Assembly: GCA_028709215.1 (NCBI GenBank)
Contig: JAQVXI010000002.1
Span: forward strand, 12,212 to 76,211
Origin: Bacteroidales bacterium
Lineage (GTDB): Bacteria; Bacteroidota; Bacteroidia; Bacteroidales; UBA1402
DNA length: 64,000 bases
Direction: 5' to 3'
Below the pieces are notes generated by a model. The model was not told the origin of the DNA. It saw only the letters and a program-made list of their open reading frames with translations, and ran no database searches. This document shows positions 48,861-57,908 of the stretch, one piece after another. How positions within the stretch are numbered: position 1 is the stretch's first letter; every line of letters starts with the position of its first letter. The translations under genes and the position numbers were made by a program.

Positions 48861-49461
48861 GTACGAAGGCTTCCTCAATCCAATAATCGACATGGAACTG
48901 TTCGCTTGTTCGCGTGAATACCCCGGTAAAGCTACCTTTCCGTGCCTCTGTGGTCTTTGACTTGTAGAGTCTAAGCTCTGTCTTGAAATGAACATCAGAA
49001 GCTTGACACGCTTTGAAAAGGGCTTCTTTTGCGCTCCAGTATAACGTCAATTCGGTATGGGTTTCTTGGCCGGAATGTTGGATGTCTTGCCATTCTTCGG
49101 AGTGTATAAATCGGTCTTTAACGTTCCATACGCGACTGGATATGCGCTCAATGTCTATCCCTACACCTTTTTGTTCGGATGTCAGTAGGGCCGCCCACCC
49201 GATGGTGTGGGATAAACTGATTTCCGTGCTGCTCTCCTCGATGTAGGGTTTCCCATTCGCCAGATGATGGAGTTGTCTTGGATCCAAGCCTTCGGCTTGA
49301 AGTAAGGCAAAGCAGGCTAAGCGCTCTTTTTTTCTGCTTTCAACGGTCATTGATGCAGGCGGGGTGGCGTTGCTAAGTTTTTGTAACTGAGTAATATCCT
49401 CAGTTATTTGCCACACATTGCAGCGGTAGGCTTTTTGGTTAATGACGTTGTGTAAAGGCAT
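48829..49461 (-). CDS. 4'-phosphopantetheinyl transferase (Sfp/AcpS-like)
   Basis: GKP, ISLSHT, VGIDIE, WSAKEALFK. Confidence 0.92.
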   Translation of the reverse strand: MPLHNVINQKAYRCNVWQITEDITQLQKLSNATPPASMTVESRKKERLACFALLQAEGLDPRQLHHLANGKPYIEESSTEISLSHTIGWAALLTSEQKGVGIDIERISSRVWNVKDRFIHSEEWQDIQHSGQETHTELTLYWSAKEALFKACQASDVHFKTELRLYKSKTTEARKGSFTGVFTRTSEQFHVDYWIEEAFVLTCCFLTESK

Positions 49462-50110
49462 CTTCGTTGGGTTTAAAATGATCGAGTACGTATTCTATTT
49501 CCATGTAAACATAGGGCAACACGTCACGAATGGAGTCGGCTTGTACGGCATGATCGTATTCAAAGGTACCCAATAGAATCCAGCTCCGGGCATCGCTTAA
49601 ACGAAACTGGACGGGATTGCTCGCCGATACCCTGTTTTGGTACACATGTGCAGAAGCATTGCTTGCATTGCACATCCGTATGTGCTGTGTGGGTACTGAA
49701 GTGTTCCATTGCTGTTGAATGGAAACCTGTTGATGGCGGATGACTTTTTCTATTTCCTTGGGGTTTGCGGTGTGCAACCAGCTCAAGTAGAGTGTTCCTT
49801 TTAAATACGGATACGAAAGCGTGAACCAGATCTGCCCGGATTCCCGACGGATTAGAGGTCCGATCTGCGCATACCCCGGATAGCAAAAGTTGAGATTGTA
49901 TACGCGATGATGGAAGGTTGTCGGTTGAAGGCTCGGGGGGGTGATTCTGGGATAAGCGTAGGGTAGGGGTATGCTCTTTTCCCTGCAGTTGGAAAAGAGC
50001 CCTACTCCAAGAAAACACAGAAGTATAACGAGCCACCTGATCGGTTGAGACTCGTTTTTATCTGCCTTTGCGGAAGTTGATCGATTAAAACGGAAGGTCG
50101 TCTGAATCAT
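49439..50110 (-). CDS. gldD: GldD-like lipoprotein (start uncertain)
   Basis: Lipobox LFSNC followed by PLPYAYPRI; ASNPVQFRLSD, ADSIRDVL; position next to ssb. Confidence 0.7.
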   Translation of the reverse strand: MIQTTFRFNRSTSAKADKNESQPIRWLVILLCFLGVGLFSNCREKSIPLPYAYPRITPPSLQPTTFHHRVYNLNFCYPGYAQIGPLIRRESGQIWFTLSYPYLKGTLYLSWLHTANPKEIEKVIRHQQVSIQQQWNTSVPTQHIRMCNASNASAHVYQNRVSASNPVQFRLSDARSWILLGTFEYDHAVQADSIRDVLPYVYMEIEYVLDHFKPNEDAFTQRH

Positions 50111-50525
50111 CGGTTTCAAGTTGAGGCATTGTGCTGATGTCGTTTGCCATCGGTGTCTCTGCTGTGGCTGCATGATTGCTGGCTCGTTTTGATCCCAAGA
50201 GCTGAATGTTGTCTGCGATGATCTCTGTTGTATAGCGAACGATGCCATCCTTTTCCCAGTTGCGTGTTTGCAATCTCCCTTCCACATACAGTTGACTTCC
50301 TTTTTTTACGTATTTCTCCGCCAGCGTTGCCAAGCCTCTCCATGCAACGATGTTGTGCCATTCTGTGCGTTCTGTCGTTTGATTACTTTGAGGATTGTAC
50401 ATACGCTCGGTGGTCGCCAGCGTAAAATTGGCTACCGTGTACCGTTTGTTTTCTTCTTTTTCGAAATAGCGGATGTCGGGATCTTTGCCGACGTTTCCAA
50501 CTAAAATTACTTTGTTCACTGACAT
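50085..50525 (-). CDS. ssb: Single-stranded DNA-binding protein
   Basis: SVNKVILVGNVGKDP, TEWHNIVAW, YVEGRLQTR, acidic tail DDLPF; -7 box at 50566-50573. Confidence 0.97.
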   Translation of the reverse strand: MSVNKVILVGNVGKDPDIRYFEKEENKRYTVANFTLATTERMYNPQSNQTTERTEWHNIVAWRGLATLAEKYVKKGSQLYVEGRLQTRNWEKDGIVRYTTEIIADNIQLLGSKRASNHAATAETPMANDISTMPQLETDDSDDLPF

Positions 50526-50639
50526 GATGTGTGTTTAAATTGTGATTATTCTGTGCATGCGGCATCAAATGTAGTGATAAGCATGGTATTCAACAAAAAA
50601 TAAATGATAATATAGTGTTTTGTAGAGATTAATATCGGC

Positions 50640-51701
50640 TTATGTGTAAAAATGTCGAATGGCGCAATCAATGAGTACGGGAACCGGTAAGCGATGAAGC
50701 GCATCCAGGGGAATCCATTGCTGATTGGATGCGATCTGTTTTTTGTATGTACAGTTGCATCGGATAAATTGTGCGTGAATCACCTGATGGCTGAGCGTTT
50801 GCTTGCGCTGGTATGTGTTGTGTATGACAAAAGGACCGGAAGCAAACGATTCCAGTTGAGTAATGGAATCGAAGGAATCCACCGGATGCTGTGCCGTTTC
50901 AATGTGTACAAAATCCCATAGACCCTGCCAAACATCGGAGGCGCCTCGTTGTTGCACAAGAATTTCCTTGTTGTGTTCAATGAGGAAGTATAGAAAAAAA
51001 CGATTGCGTTTGGGTTTTGGTTGAATGGTCACCGGGAACTGAGTTGCCTGATTGGTTTGATGTGCCTGGCAATACATGGACAAAGTACAATTTGTACAGT
51101 CCGGTTGGTTGGGTGTACATTGCATTGCTCCAAAATCCATGACGGCTTGATTGTGCAATCCAGGCTCTGTGGTATCCAACAGTGCGTCTGCCAAATGTTG
51201 GAAGTGCTTTTGTCCGCTGCTTGTTTTGATGGGGGTTGAATCGGCATACAACCGGGATAGAACCCGATATACATTGCCGTCCAAAACGGCTTTGGCTTGG
51301 TTAAAAGCGATGGATGCAATGGCGGCGGCCGTATAGCTACCCACGCCTTTCAACGCCAAAATCTGTCTGTAATCGGCCGGGAATACACCATTATATTGAT
51401 CTCGTATGGTTCGTGCCGTTTCATGTAGGTTGCGTGCGCGACTGTAATAACCTAAACCCTGCCAATGTTTCAGCAATTCATCGATGGGTGCGTTGGCCAG
51501 GCGGATGACATCCGGGTAGGCCTGCACAATTTTTTCGAAATAGGATGCACCTTGCGCAACGCGCGTCTGTTGGAGTATGATCTCCGATAGCCAAACTCGA
51601 TACGGGTCGTTGTCCTCCCTCCACGGAAGTGGACGGCGATGTTGCAAATACCAAAGCCTCAGGTTGTTTCGTATTTCTGTCGTTGATGTAGGGGCGTTCA
51701 T
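50640..51701 (-). CDS. mutY: A/G-specific adenine glycosylase
   Basis: VWLSEIILQQTRV, WQGLGYYSRARNL, LDGNVYRVL, Fe-S motif C-X6-C-X2-C-X5-C. Confidence 0.96.
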   Translation of the reverse strand: MNAPTSTTEIRNNLRLWYLQHRRPLPWREDNDPYRVWLSEIILQQTRVAQGASYFEKIVQAYPDVIRLANAPIDELLKHWQGLGYYSRARNLHETARTIRDQYNGVFPADYRQILALKGVGSYTAAAIASIAFNQAKAVLDGNVYRVLSRLYADSTPIKTSSGQKHFQHLADALLDTTEPGLHNQAVMDFGAMQCTPNQPDCTNCTLSMYCQAHQTNQATQFPVTIQPKPKRNRFFLYFLIEHNKEILVQQRGASDVWQGLWDFVHIETAQHPVDSFDSITQLESFASGPFVIHNTYQRKQTLSHQVIHAQFIRCNCTYKKQIASNQQWIPLDALHRLPVPVLIDCAIRHFYT

Positions 51702-51863
51702 GCAACAAAGAACATCAAAAAATGGAAATTCAGCAAAAAACGAGAGGAAAGTTTTTTTTATAGACGGGAAACCTATATATTTGCAAGCCAAAAATTTAGT
51801 TATTGAAACGCAGAAAATGTACTCACATAAATATTGTATAACCCATTTTAATTCCCTATCAAG

Positions 51864-52139
51864 ATGACTAAAGCGGATATAGTAAACGAAATCTCCAAAC
51901 GGACCGGAGTAGATAAGGTAACTGTCTTGTCGAGTGTGGAGGCTTTCATGGATGTGGTGAAGGAATCTCTTGTAAAAGAAGAAAATGTATATTTGAGAGG
52001 CTTTGGTAGTTTTATTGTGAAAAAAAGAGCACAAAAGACAGCCCGAAACATTTCAAAGAATACCACCATCATCATTCCCGAACACAATATCCCTTCGTTT
52101 AAGCCTGCTAAGACTTTTGTAAACGAAGTTAAAAAATAA
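51864..52139 (+). CDS. hup: HU family DNA-binding protein
   Basis: MTKADIVNEIS, YLRGFGSFIVKKRAQKTARNI; -7 box at 51776-51783. Confidence 0.95.
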   Translation: MTKADIVNEISKRTGVDKVTVLSSVEAFMDVVKESLVKEENVYLRGFGSFIVKKRAQKTARNISKNTTIIIPEHNIPSFKPAKTFVNEVKK

Positions 52140-52162
52140 TTTACCCGTAAAATTTTTAAACA

Positions 52163-52255
52163 ATGCCAAGCGGAAAAAAAAGAAAAGCCCACAAGATGGC
52201 TACTCACAAGCGTAAAAAACGTCTGAAAAAGAACAGACATAAGAAGAAGAAATAA
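52163..52255 (+). CDS. Small ribosomal subunit protein bS22-like (AURKAIP1/COX24 domain), 30 aa; absent from the ORF track
   Basis: Translated by hand: MPSGKKRKAHKMATHKRKKRLKKNRHKKKK*; resembles Bacteroidota bS22 (recalled). Confidence 0.85.
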   Translation: MPSGKKRKAHKMATHKRKKRLKKNRHKKKK

Positions 52256-52289
52256 TTTTCACGCTTTATAGTAAAACTCAAAGAACAAA

Positions 52290-52336
52290 AAGAACAAGCT
52301 CAGAGTACTTCAAGTCTTAGAGTTTGTTCTTTGTTT
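52290..52336 (+). terminator. Hairpin after bS22-like gene (terminator-like)
   Basis: AAAGAACAAGCTC...GAGTTTGTTCTTT 13-bp stem with one G-U pair, followed by GTTTT. Confidence 0.6.
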
Positions 52337-52446
52337 TATTCACCAATCGATTCGAAACGCTTTTCATCCTTGTACACCCCGGTACAAACCGATGCCAGGT
52401 CGATCGAACACGATTAAATCTGTAACCCATCGAAAAGAATAAGAAT

Positions 52447-54027
52447 GTGACTTCCGAAATCGTAGTTGACGTACAGCCCAAAGAGGTATCCATTGCCATC
52501 CTCGAAGACAAAAGTCTGGTGGAATTCCAACAGGAATCCAACAGTACTTCGTTTTCTGTTGGTGATATTTATCTGGGTCGTGTACATAAACTGATGCCGG
52601 GGTTGAATGCTGCTTTCGTTGATGTAGGTTACGAAAAAGATGCCTTTCTTCACTATTTGGACCTGGGCGTGCAATTCAATTCGTTGAATGCATATGCCAA
52701 ACAAGTCACAAGCAACAAAAACAAAACGCACTTATTGAGTAAGTTTAGCTTGTTGCCGGAGATTCCAAAAGAGGGCAGTATATCGGATGTTTTGAAACAA
52801 GGACAAGATATCTTGGTGCAAATTGCCAAGGAGCCCATTTCAACGAAGGGGCCTCGTCTTACTTCAGAAATCTCGATAGCCGGTCGTTTTTTGGTTCTGA
52901 TGCCTTTTTCCGATAAAGTTTCTGTTTCGACAAAGATTAAATCGGCTGAAGAGCGATTGAGACTCAAGCAACTTTTGCAAAGCATTACACCAAAAAACTT
53001 TGGTGTAATTGTGCGAACGGTTGCCGAAGGCAAGCGGGTCGCCGAACTCGATTCGGAATTAAAGGTATTGCTCAAGCGCTGGGACGATGTTCTGGCAAAA
53101 TTGGGAAACGCCAAGACAAAGGCTCCCTCATTGATTTACGAAGAAACTGGAAGGACAGTCGTCATCCTGCGGGATATCTTAAACGCTTCCTTTGAACACA
53201 TTCACGTCAACTCACCGGCTGCATTTGAGGAAATACATGATTATGTCAAATTAATCATGCCCGAAAAAGCAGACATCGTTAAGTTGTACAAAGACAAATT
53301 GCCCATTTTTGATACATTTGGGGTTACAAAACAGATCAAATCTGCTTTTGGAAAAACCGTATCGTTCAAAAGTGGTGCCTATTTAATTATCGAACACACC
53401 GAAGCCTTGCATGTGATCGACGTGAATAGTGGTAATCGCTCAAAATCGAGCAAAGGTCAAGAAGAGAATGCACTGGATGTCAATCTGGCAGCCGCAGATG
53501 AAGTTGCGCGCCAATTACGATTGAGAGACATGGGTGGCATCATCGTTGTTGACTTTATCGATATGAGCGAAGGAGAACACCGTCAACGTTTGTATGATCG
53601 TATGCGGGATCGCATGCAAAACGATCGTGCCAAACACAACATCTTGCCTTTATCCAAATTTGGATTGCTGCAGATTACCCGTCAGCGTGTTCGTCCTCAG
53701 ACGCATATTGAAACCAATGAGACTTGTCCTACCTGTTTTGGAAAAGGTGAAATACAACCTTCTCTTTTGTTTACAGACAAACTTGAGAGCAAGATTCAGT
53801 ATTTGACCAACAAAGTGAAAGTGAAGAAATACACCCTTCGGGTGCATCCGTACGTTTCAGCCTACATCAAAAAAGGGGGATTGTTATCCCTTGAATCGAA
53901 ATGGCGATTGAAGTATGGTTTGGGTTTGTCGGTGATGCCGGTGCAAAACCTAGCCTATTTGCAATATCAATTTTTTGACGCCAATGGCGAAGAAATTGAT
54001 ATGAAAGAGGAAATCGAAATCAAGTAA
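52447..54027 (+). CDS. rne: Ribonuclease E/G family
   Basis: GTG start; GDIYLGRV..LMPGLNAAFV (S1), IDVNSG, LRLRDMGGIIVVDFIDM. Confidence 0.95.
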   Translation: MTSEIVVDVQPKEVSIAILEDKSLVEFQQESNSTSFSVGDIYLGRVHKLMPGLNAAFVDVGYEKDAFLHYLDLGVQFNSLNAYAKQVTSNKNKTHLLSKFSLLPEIPKEGSISDVLKQGQDILVQIAKEPISTKGPRLTSEISIAGRFLVLMPFSDKVSVSTKIKSAEERLRLKQLLQSITPKNFGVIVRTVAEGKRVAELDSELKVLLKRWDDVLAKLGNAKTKAPSLIYEETGRTVVILRDILNASFEHIHVNSPAAFEEIHDYVKLIMPEKADIVKLYKDKLPIFDTFGVTKQIKSAFGKTVSFKSGAYLIIEHTEALHVIDVNSGNRSKSSKGQEENALDVNLAAADEVARQLRLRDMGGIIVVDFIDMSEGEHRQRLYDRMRDRMQNDRAKHNILPLSKFGLLQITRQRVRPQTHIETNETCPTCFGKGEIQPSLLFTDKLESKIQYLTNKVKVKKYTLRVHPYVSAYIKKGGLLSLESKWRLKYGLGLSVMPVQNLAYLQYQFFDANGEEIDMKEEIEIK

Positions 54028-54046
54028 GACACTTGGTCTATTATAG

Positions 54047-54091
54047 AAAAAGGTCTTTATTCGCAACGGGGAGCGTATAAAGACCTTTTTT
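54047..54091. terminator. Bidirectional terminator between rne and acyl-CoA synthetase
   Basis: AAAAAGGTCTTTAT...ATAAAGACCTTTTT, A/T runs on both sides. Confidence 0.85.
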
Positions 54092-54111
54092 GTATATCCA
54101 TAGAACTCGGT

Positions 54112-55872
54112 TCAGGCAAACAAGGCTTCGATTTCTGTTGCGTACTTTTGTTCAATGACTTTGCGTTTCACCTTTAGCGTCGGAGTAAGAATGCCGGTCG
54201 GGATGGACCATTCGTCGGTGATCAAACGGAAATTTTTGATTTGTTCGTGGTGCGCAAAACGCGGATTGAATTTTTGAATTTCCCGTCTGTAGATGGCCTG
54301 AACCTCAGGCTTGTCCACAAACGAATGGTCGTCGGTCGTTGCAATGTCGTGTCGTTTACAAAAGTCACGCAGATACGTCAAATCCGGATTGATCAGTGCC
54401 GCTGCATATTTTTGATTCTCGCCTAGAACCACCATGTTTTCAATAAACGGAGACTTGCAAAACTGTTCTTCGATAAGGAAGGGATTGATGTATTTCCCGA
54501 AGGATGTTTTAAAGATATTCTTCAAACGTCCGGTAATAATCAGCAAACCATTTTCATCCAAACGCCCTGTGTCGCCCGTGTGCAACCAGCCTTCCGAATC
54601 GATCATTTCTGCCGTTTGTTCCGGATCTTTGTAGTAACCGAGCATTACGTTTGGACCTTTGCAGAGAATTTCTCCGTTGCTTGCAATGCGAACGGTTACA
54701 CCGTCCAAAGGAGGCCCTACAGTCCCTGCGATGCGTTGATTCTTGCCCCGTTGACTGACGGCAATTACCGGGCTGGTTTCACTCAGTCCGTAGCCTTCAA
54801 ATACAGGCATTCCGATGGCGTTAAAAAAAGCTGCCTGGTGTTTCTGAATGGCGGCTCCACCCGAAACAACAATATCAAAATTTCCTCCAATCGCTTCCCG
54901 CCATTTGCTGTAAATCAGTTTATCCGCAATGGGATGCTGCAACTTATACCACAAGGAATTTCCTGCGTTTTTGTGCTTTTTGGCCAAATTGAATGCCCAG
55001 TAATACAATTGTTTCTTGAAGCCTTTTTGTTTTTTTCCAGCCAGAAAGAGTTTGTCATACATCTTCTCAAGTACCCTTGGGACACACGTCATCATGGTTG
55101 GGTGAACCTCTTTGATGTTCTCCGCAATGGTTCCCAGACTTTCTGCATACCAAATGGAGAAGCCCAGTTCGTGGTAGAGGTAAACCAAAATGCGTTCGTA
55201 CGCATGGCAAAGGGGTAAAAAACTCAATGCCGTACGACTCCAATCGGCCGGAATGCTTTTCAGCGCATCCAATTGACTGGTTATGTTCCGATGAGAAAGC
55301 ATCACGCCCTTTGGCAGCCCTGTGGTCCCGGACGTATAAATCATCGTTGCAAGATCGTCCGGTTGAATCGTGTCCTTGATGGACTTGACGGTTTCTTCAG
55401 CCGGATGCGCTGCCCCCAAGGCATAGAAATCGGGCAAATGGATGGTGTTTTCTGCCAAATCCAAGCAGATGATTTCTTTGAAATGAGCAACCTTACTTAT
55501 GATGGGTTGCAGGCGACGTACAAGGTCTTTGCTGTCAACAAAAAGAAAGGCGATTTCTGCATGGTTTAGGATGTGAAGATAATCTGCATCACTAATGGTT
55601 GGGTAAATTGGGACTGAAACGGCTCCGATTTGCATCACGCCCATGTCAAAGAAATTCCATTCGGGCCGATTCCCACTGATGATGCCGATTTTGTCTCCGG
55701 GTTTCACCCCCTTTTGTAGCAACGCATAGCTGATCTGATTGACTCGTTCACGGTATTGATCGATGTTGTAATACACCCATTCGTGATTGACCTTGCCAGC
55801 TAGTGTGACTTCCTGTGCAGAATACAATTCCTTGTATTGATCCAGTAAATCAAAGATTCTTGTACGTTCCAT
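54112..55872 (-). CDS. Long-chain fatty acid-CoA ligase
   Basis: YTSGTTGLPKG, FLPLCHAYER, GYGLSETSP, GWLHTGD, TPTLKVKR. Confidence 0.95.
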   Translation of the reverse strand: MERTRIFDLLDQYKELYSAQEVTLAGKVNHEWVYYNIDQYRERVNQISYALLQKGVKPGDKIGIISGNRPEWNFFDMGVMQIGAVSVPIYPTISDADYLHILNHAEIAFLFVDSKDLVRRLQPIISKVAHFKEIICLDLAENTIHLPDFYALGAAHPAEETVKSIKDTIQPDDLATMIYTSGTTGLPKGVMLSHRNITSQLDALKSIPADWSRTALSFLPLCHAYERILVYLYHELGFSIWYAESLGTIAENIKEVHPTMMTCVPRVLEKMYDKLFLAGKKQKGFKKQLYYWAFNLAKKHKNAGNSLWYKLQHPIADKLIYSKWREAIGGNFDIVVSGGAAIQKHQAAFFNAIGMPVFEGYGLSETSPVIAVSQRGKNQRIAGTVGPPLDGVTVRIASNGEILCKGPNVMLGYYKDPEQTAEMIDSEGWLHTGDTGRLDENGLLIITGRLKNIFKTSFGKYINPFLIEEQFCKSPFIENMVVLGENQKYAAALINPDLTYLRDFCKRHDIATTDDHSFVDKPEVQAIYRREIQKFNPRFAHHEQIKNFRLITDEWSIPTGILTPTLKVKRKVIEQKYATEIEALFA

Positions 55873-55883
55873 AAGCGTTTGAT

Positions 55884-56243
55884 TTAGAATGGAAGATCGT
55901 CTGTGGGACCTCCGTTGTTAAATTCGGGACTGGGTGTGCCAAATTCAGTCTTTTCACCGGTTGCCCCTGTGTCGTTTGAGCCGTTTCGATCAATGCGCCA
56001 GGCTTTTACATCGGTATAATAGCGCCCGTTGTATTCACGACTTTCCACGTCAAAGTGAACCGTTACGGTTTCTCCGTCCTTCAAAGCATATTGATCGATT
56101 TTATCGCCCCAAAGATTGAAACAGACCAATTTGGGGTATTGATCGCCATATTCGATGACGTATTCCTGTTTTTTCCACGTTCCATTTTTGCCTTGTCCAC
56201 TCTGCAAAGCCAGTGTCTTGGTAATCTTTCCTGTTAATTCCAT
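55884..56243 (-). CDS. DUF3127 domain protein (OB-fold-like)
   Basis: WKKQEYVIE..DQYPK, SREYNGRYYTDVKAW, acidic tail DDLPF like SSB. Confidence 0.85.
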   Translation of the reverse strand: MELTGKITKTLALQSGQGKNGTWKKQEYVIEYGDQYPKLVCFNLWGDKIDQYALKDGETVTVHFDVESREYNGRYYTDVKAWRIDRNGSNDTGATGEKTEFGTPSPEFNNGGPTDDLPF

Positions 56244-56250
56244 TCGTTTG

Positions 56251-57378
56251 TTATTGATTTGGAGTTTGTTCCAATTGGTTCATATTTTCATTAATTGTAC
56301 GGACAAAGTTTGACATTTGTTCCGGGTTTCTCAGCTTGATGCGTTGTCCGGCTTGTATTTCCATCCCTTCAGTCAATTGATTCATTTTATAAAGCGCCTT
56401 CAATTGCAGGCCGTATGTTTGAGCAATCATCAAAAGGGTTTCACCGGCTTTGGCCGTATGAATGGGATTCTCGCCCTCCCACCAGTTTGATTTTTTATCC
56501 AGATAAACGACCTCGCCCTGTGTGAGCGTGTAGTCGGATGGGAAATCATTCAACGAGTATACCCTGGATGTACGAATGCCAAATTCATCTGCGATGGCTT
56601 TAAAGCTGTCACCGAATTGAACAACGATGTAGGGGGTGGTACCCAGATAGAAAATTTCATGTGTCGATTGAGGTTGGATGGAGTGTCCCGAGTCTTTGGT
56701 TTTCAGACTGTGGTAGTCTTTGGCTTGCTCCAAAACGTCGTTGGTTTGTGTCGTTGTCAATCGTGATGCTTCCTTGGCTGCTCGCTTCTCTGCTCGTTCT
56801 GCGCGTGCCAGCTCTCTGCGTTCTTTCCAACTTAGACTGCTTCTTCTCGCCTTAACGTTGCTTCCGCTTCTGCGTGTAACGTCTTGTAACTCGTAGGTCT
56901 CGATGACACGTATCAATTTGTCCGCATATTGACGGTCTGTGGCATAGCCTGCTTTTTGTAGTCCCTTTGCCCAGGCGGCGTAATTGTTGACAGGTATCTG
57001 AAACAAAGCACGGTAGCGGGCGCCATTCACGAGAAATAGACTGTGGTCCTCAAACGATTCGGATGCTCGATTGTACTTGCGAAAACAAGACATTACGCCG
57101 TCATCAAAATGTTGCACGGTTTCACCTTTCCAATTGTTGTGGCATTTGATCCCAAAATGGTTGTTTGATTTGATGGCCAGTTCGCTCTTGCCGGCTCCCG
57201 ATTCGAGCAAACCTTGCGCAAGCGTAATGCTTGCAGGGATGCCAAAACGTTTTTGATTTTCCAATGCAATGGACTTGTAGGTCTCAATGTACTCCTCGTA
57301 CGGCTTAAGACGTGTTTGAGCATGTGAAAATGCAGAAACAAGAAACAAACAAATGATCAGCAACGAGCGATTCTTCAT
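56251..57378 (-). CDS. Glucosaminidase (GH73) with LysM domains
   Basis: ASITLAQGLLES, NNHFGIKC, GYATD..YA; LysM HTAKAGETLLMIAQTYG. Confidence 0.92.
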   Translation of the reverse strand: MKNRSLLIICLFLVSAFSHAQTRLKPYEEYIETYKSIALENQKRFGIPASITLAQGLLESGAGKSELAIKSNNHFGIKCHNNWKGETVQHFDDGVMSCFRKYNRASESFEDHSLFLVNGARYRALFQIPVNNYAAWAKGLQKAGYATDRQYADKLIRVIETYELQDVTRRSGSNVKARRSSLSWKERRELARAERAEKRAAKEASRLTTTQTNDVLEQAKDYHSLKTKDSGHSIQPQSTHEIFYLGTTPYIVVQFGDSFKAIADEFGIRTSRVYSLNDFPSDYTLTQGEVVYLDKKSNWWEGENPIHTAKAGETLLMIAQTYGLQLKALYKMNQLTEGMEIQAGQRIKLRNPEQMSNFVRTINENMNQLEQTPNQ

Positions 57379-57422
57379 ATTCAGTCCGGAATTTGTCTTA
57401 TATTTGTTGCAAACACAAGGCG

Positions 57423-57902
57423 ATGATCGAAAAACAAATTACCGCAAAGATAACATTTTACTCCATCGATGAATTATCTGAGTCCGAAAAAATGCTGATC
57501 GAGGCCGCAAAATCCGCAGCAAAATCGGCTTATGCTCCCTATTCCGGATTTCAGGTAGGAGCAGCCGTTTTGTTGGGGAACGGAGAGGTGCATATTGGAA
57601 ACAATCAGGAAAATGCAGCTTTTCCCTCCGGCATCTGCGCCGAACGTGTGGCCCTGTTTCATGCGCATGCCGTTCGACCCGATACGCCCGTCTTTTCAAT
57701 GGCTGTAGCGGCTTGTCAGAACCAACTGTTTGTACAAGAACCGGTCTCTCCCTGTGGTAGTTGCAGGCAAGTACTGCTCGAAACGGAACGCCGCTTTCGG
57801 CAGCCCATTCGCGTGTTGATGTATGGGCAAAACCGAGTTGCAGTACTGGAATCGGCCAGCGACTTGCTGCCATTTGCTTTCGATGACAGTGCTTTGATTT
57901 AA
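57423..57902 (+). CDS. cdd: Cytidine deaminase
   Basis: YAPYSGFQVGAA, NQENAAFP, CAERVA, SPCGSCRQ; -7 box at 57399-57406. Confidence 0.95.
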   Translation: MIEKQITAKITFYSIDELSESEKMLIEAAKSAAKSAYAPYSGFQVGAAVLLGNGEVHIGNNQENAAFPSGICAERVALFHAHAVRPDTPVFSMAVAACQNQLFVQEPVSPCGSCRQVLLETERRFRQPIRVLMYGQNRVAVLESASDLLPFAFDDSALI

Positions 57903-57908
57903 ACGTGG

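Noticed and set aside
48829-49461. Sfp-type PPTase as sign of an NRPS/PKS cluster
   Set aside because: No carrier or synthase genes nearby; the position beside ssb/gld is ordinary Bacteroidales synteny
51817-51867. 16-codon uORF overlapping the HU start (ATGA)
   Set aside because: Short ORFs are expected by chance in AT-rich leaders; no regulatory codon pattern or other support
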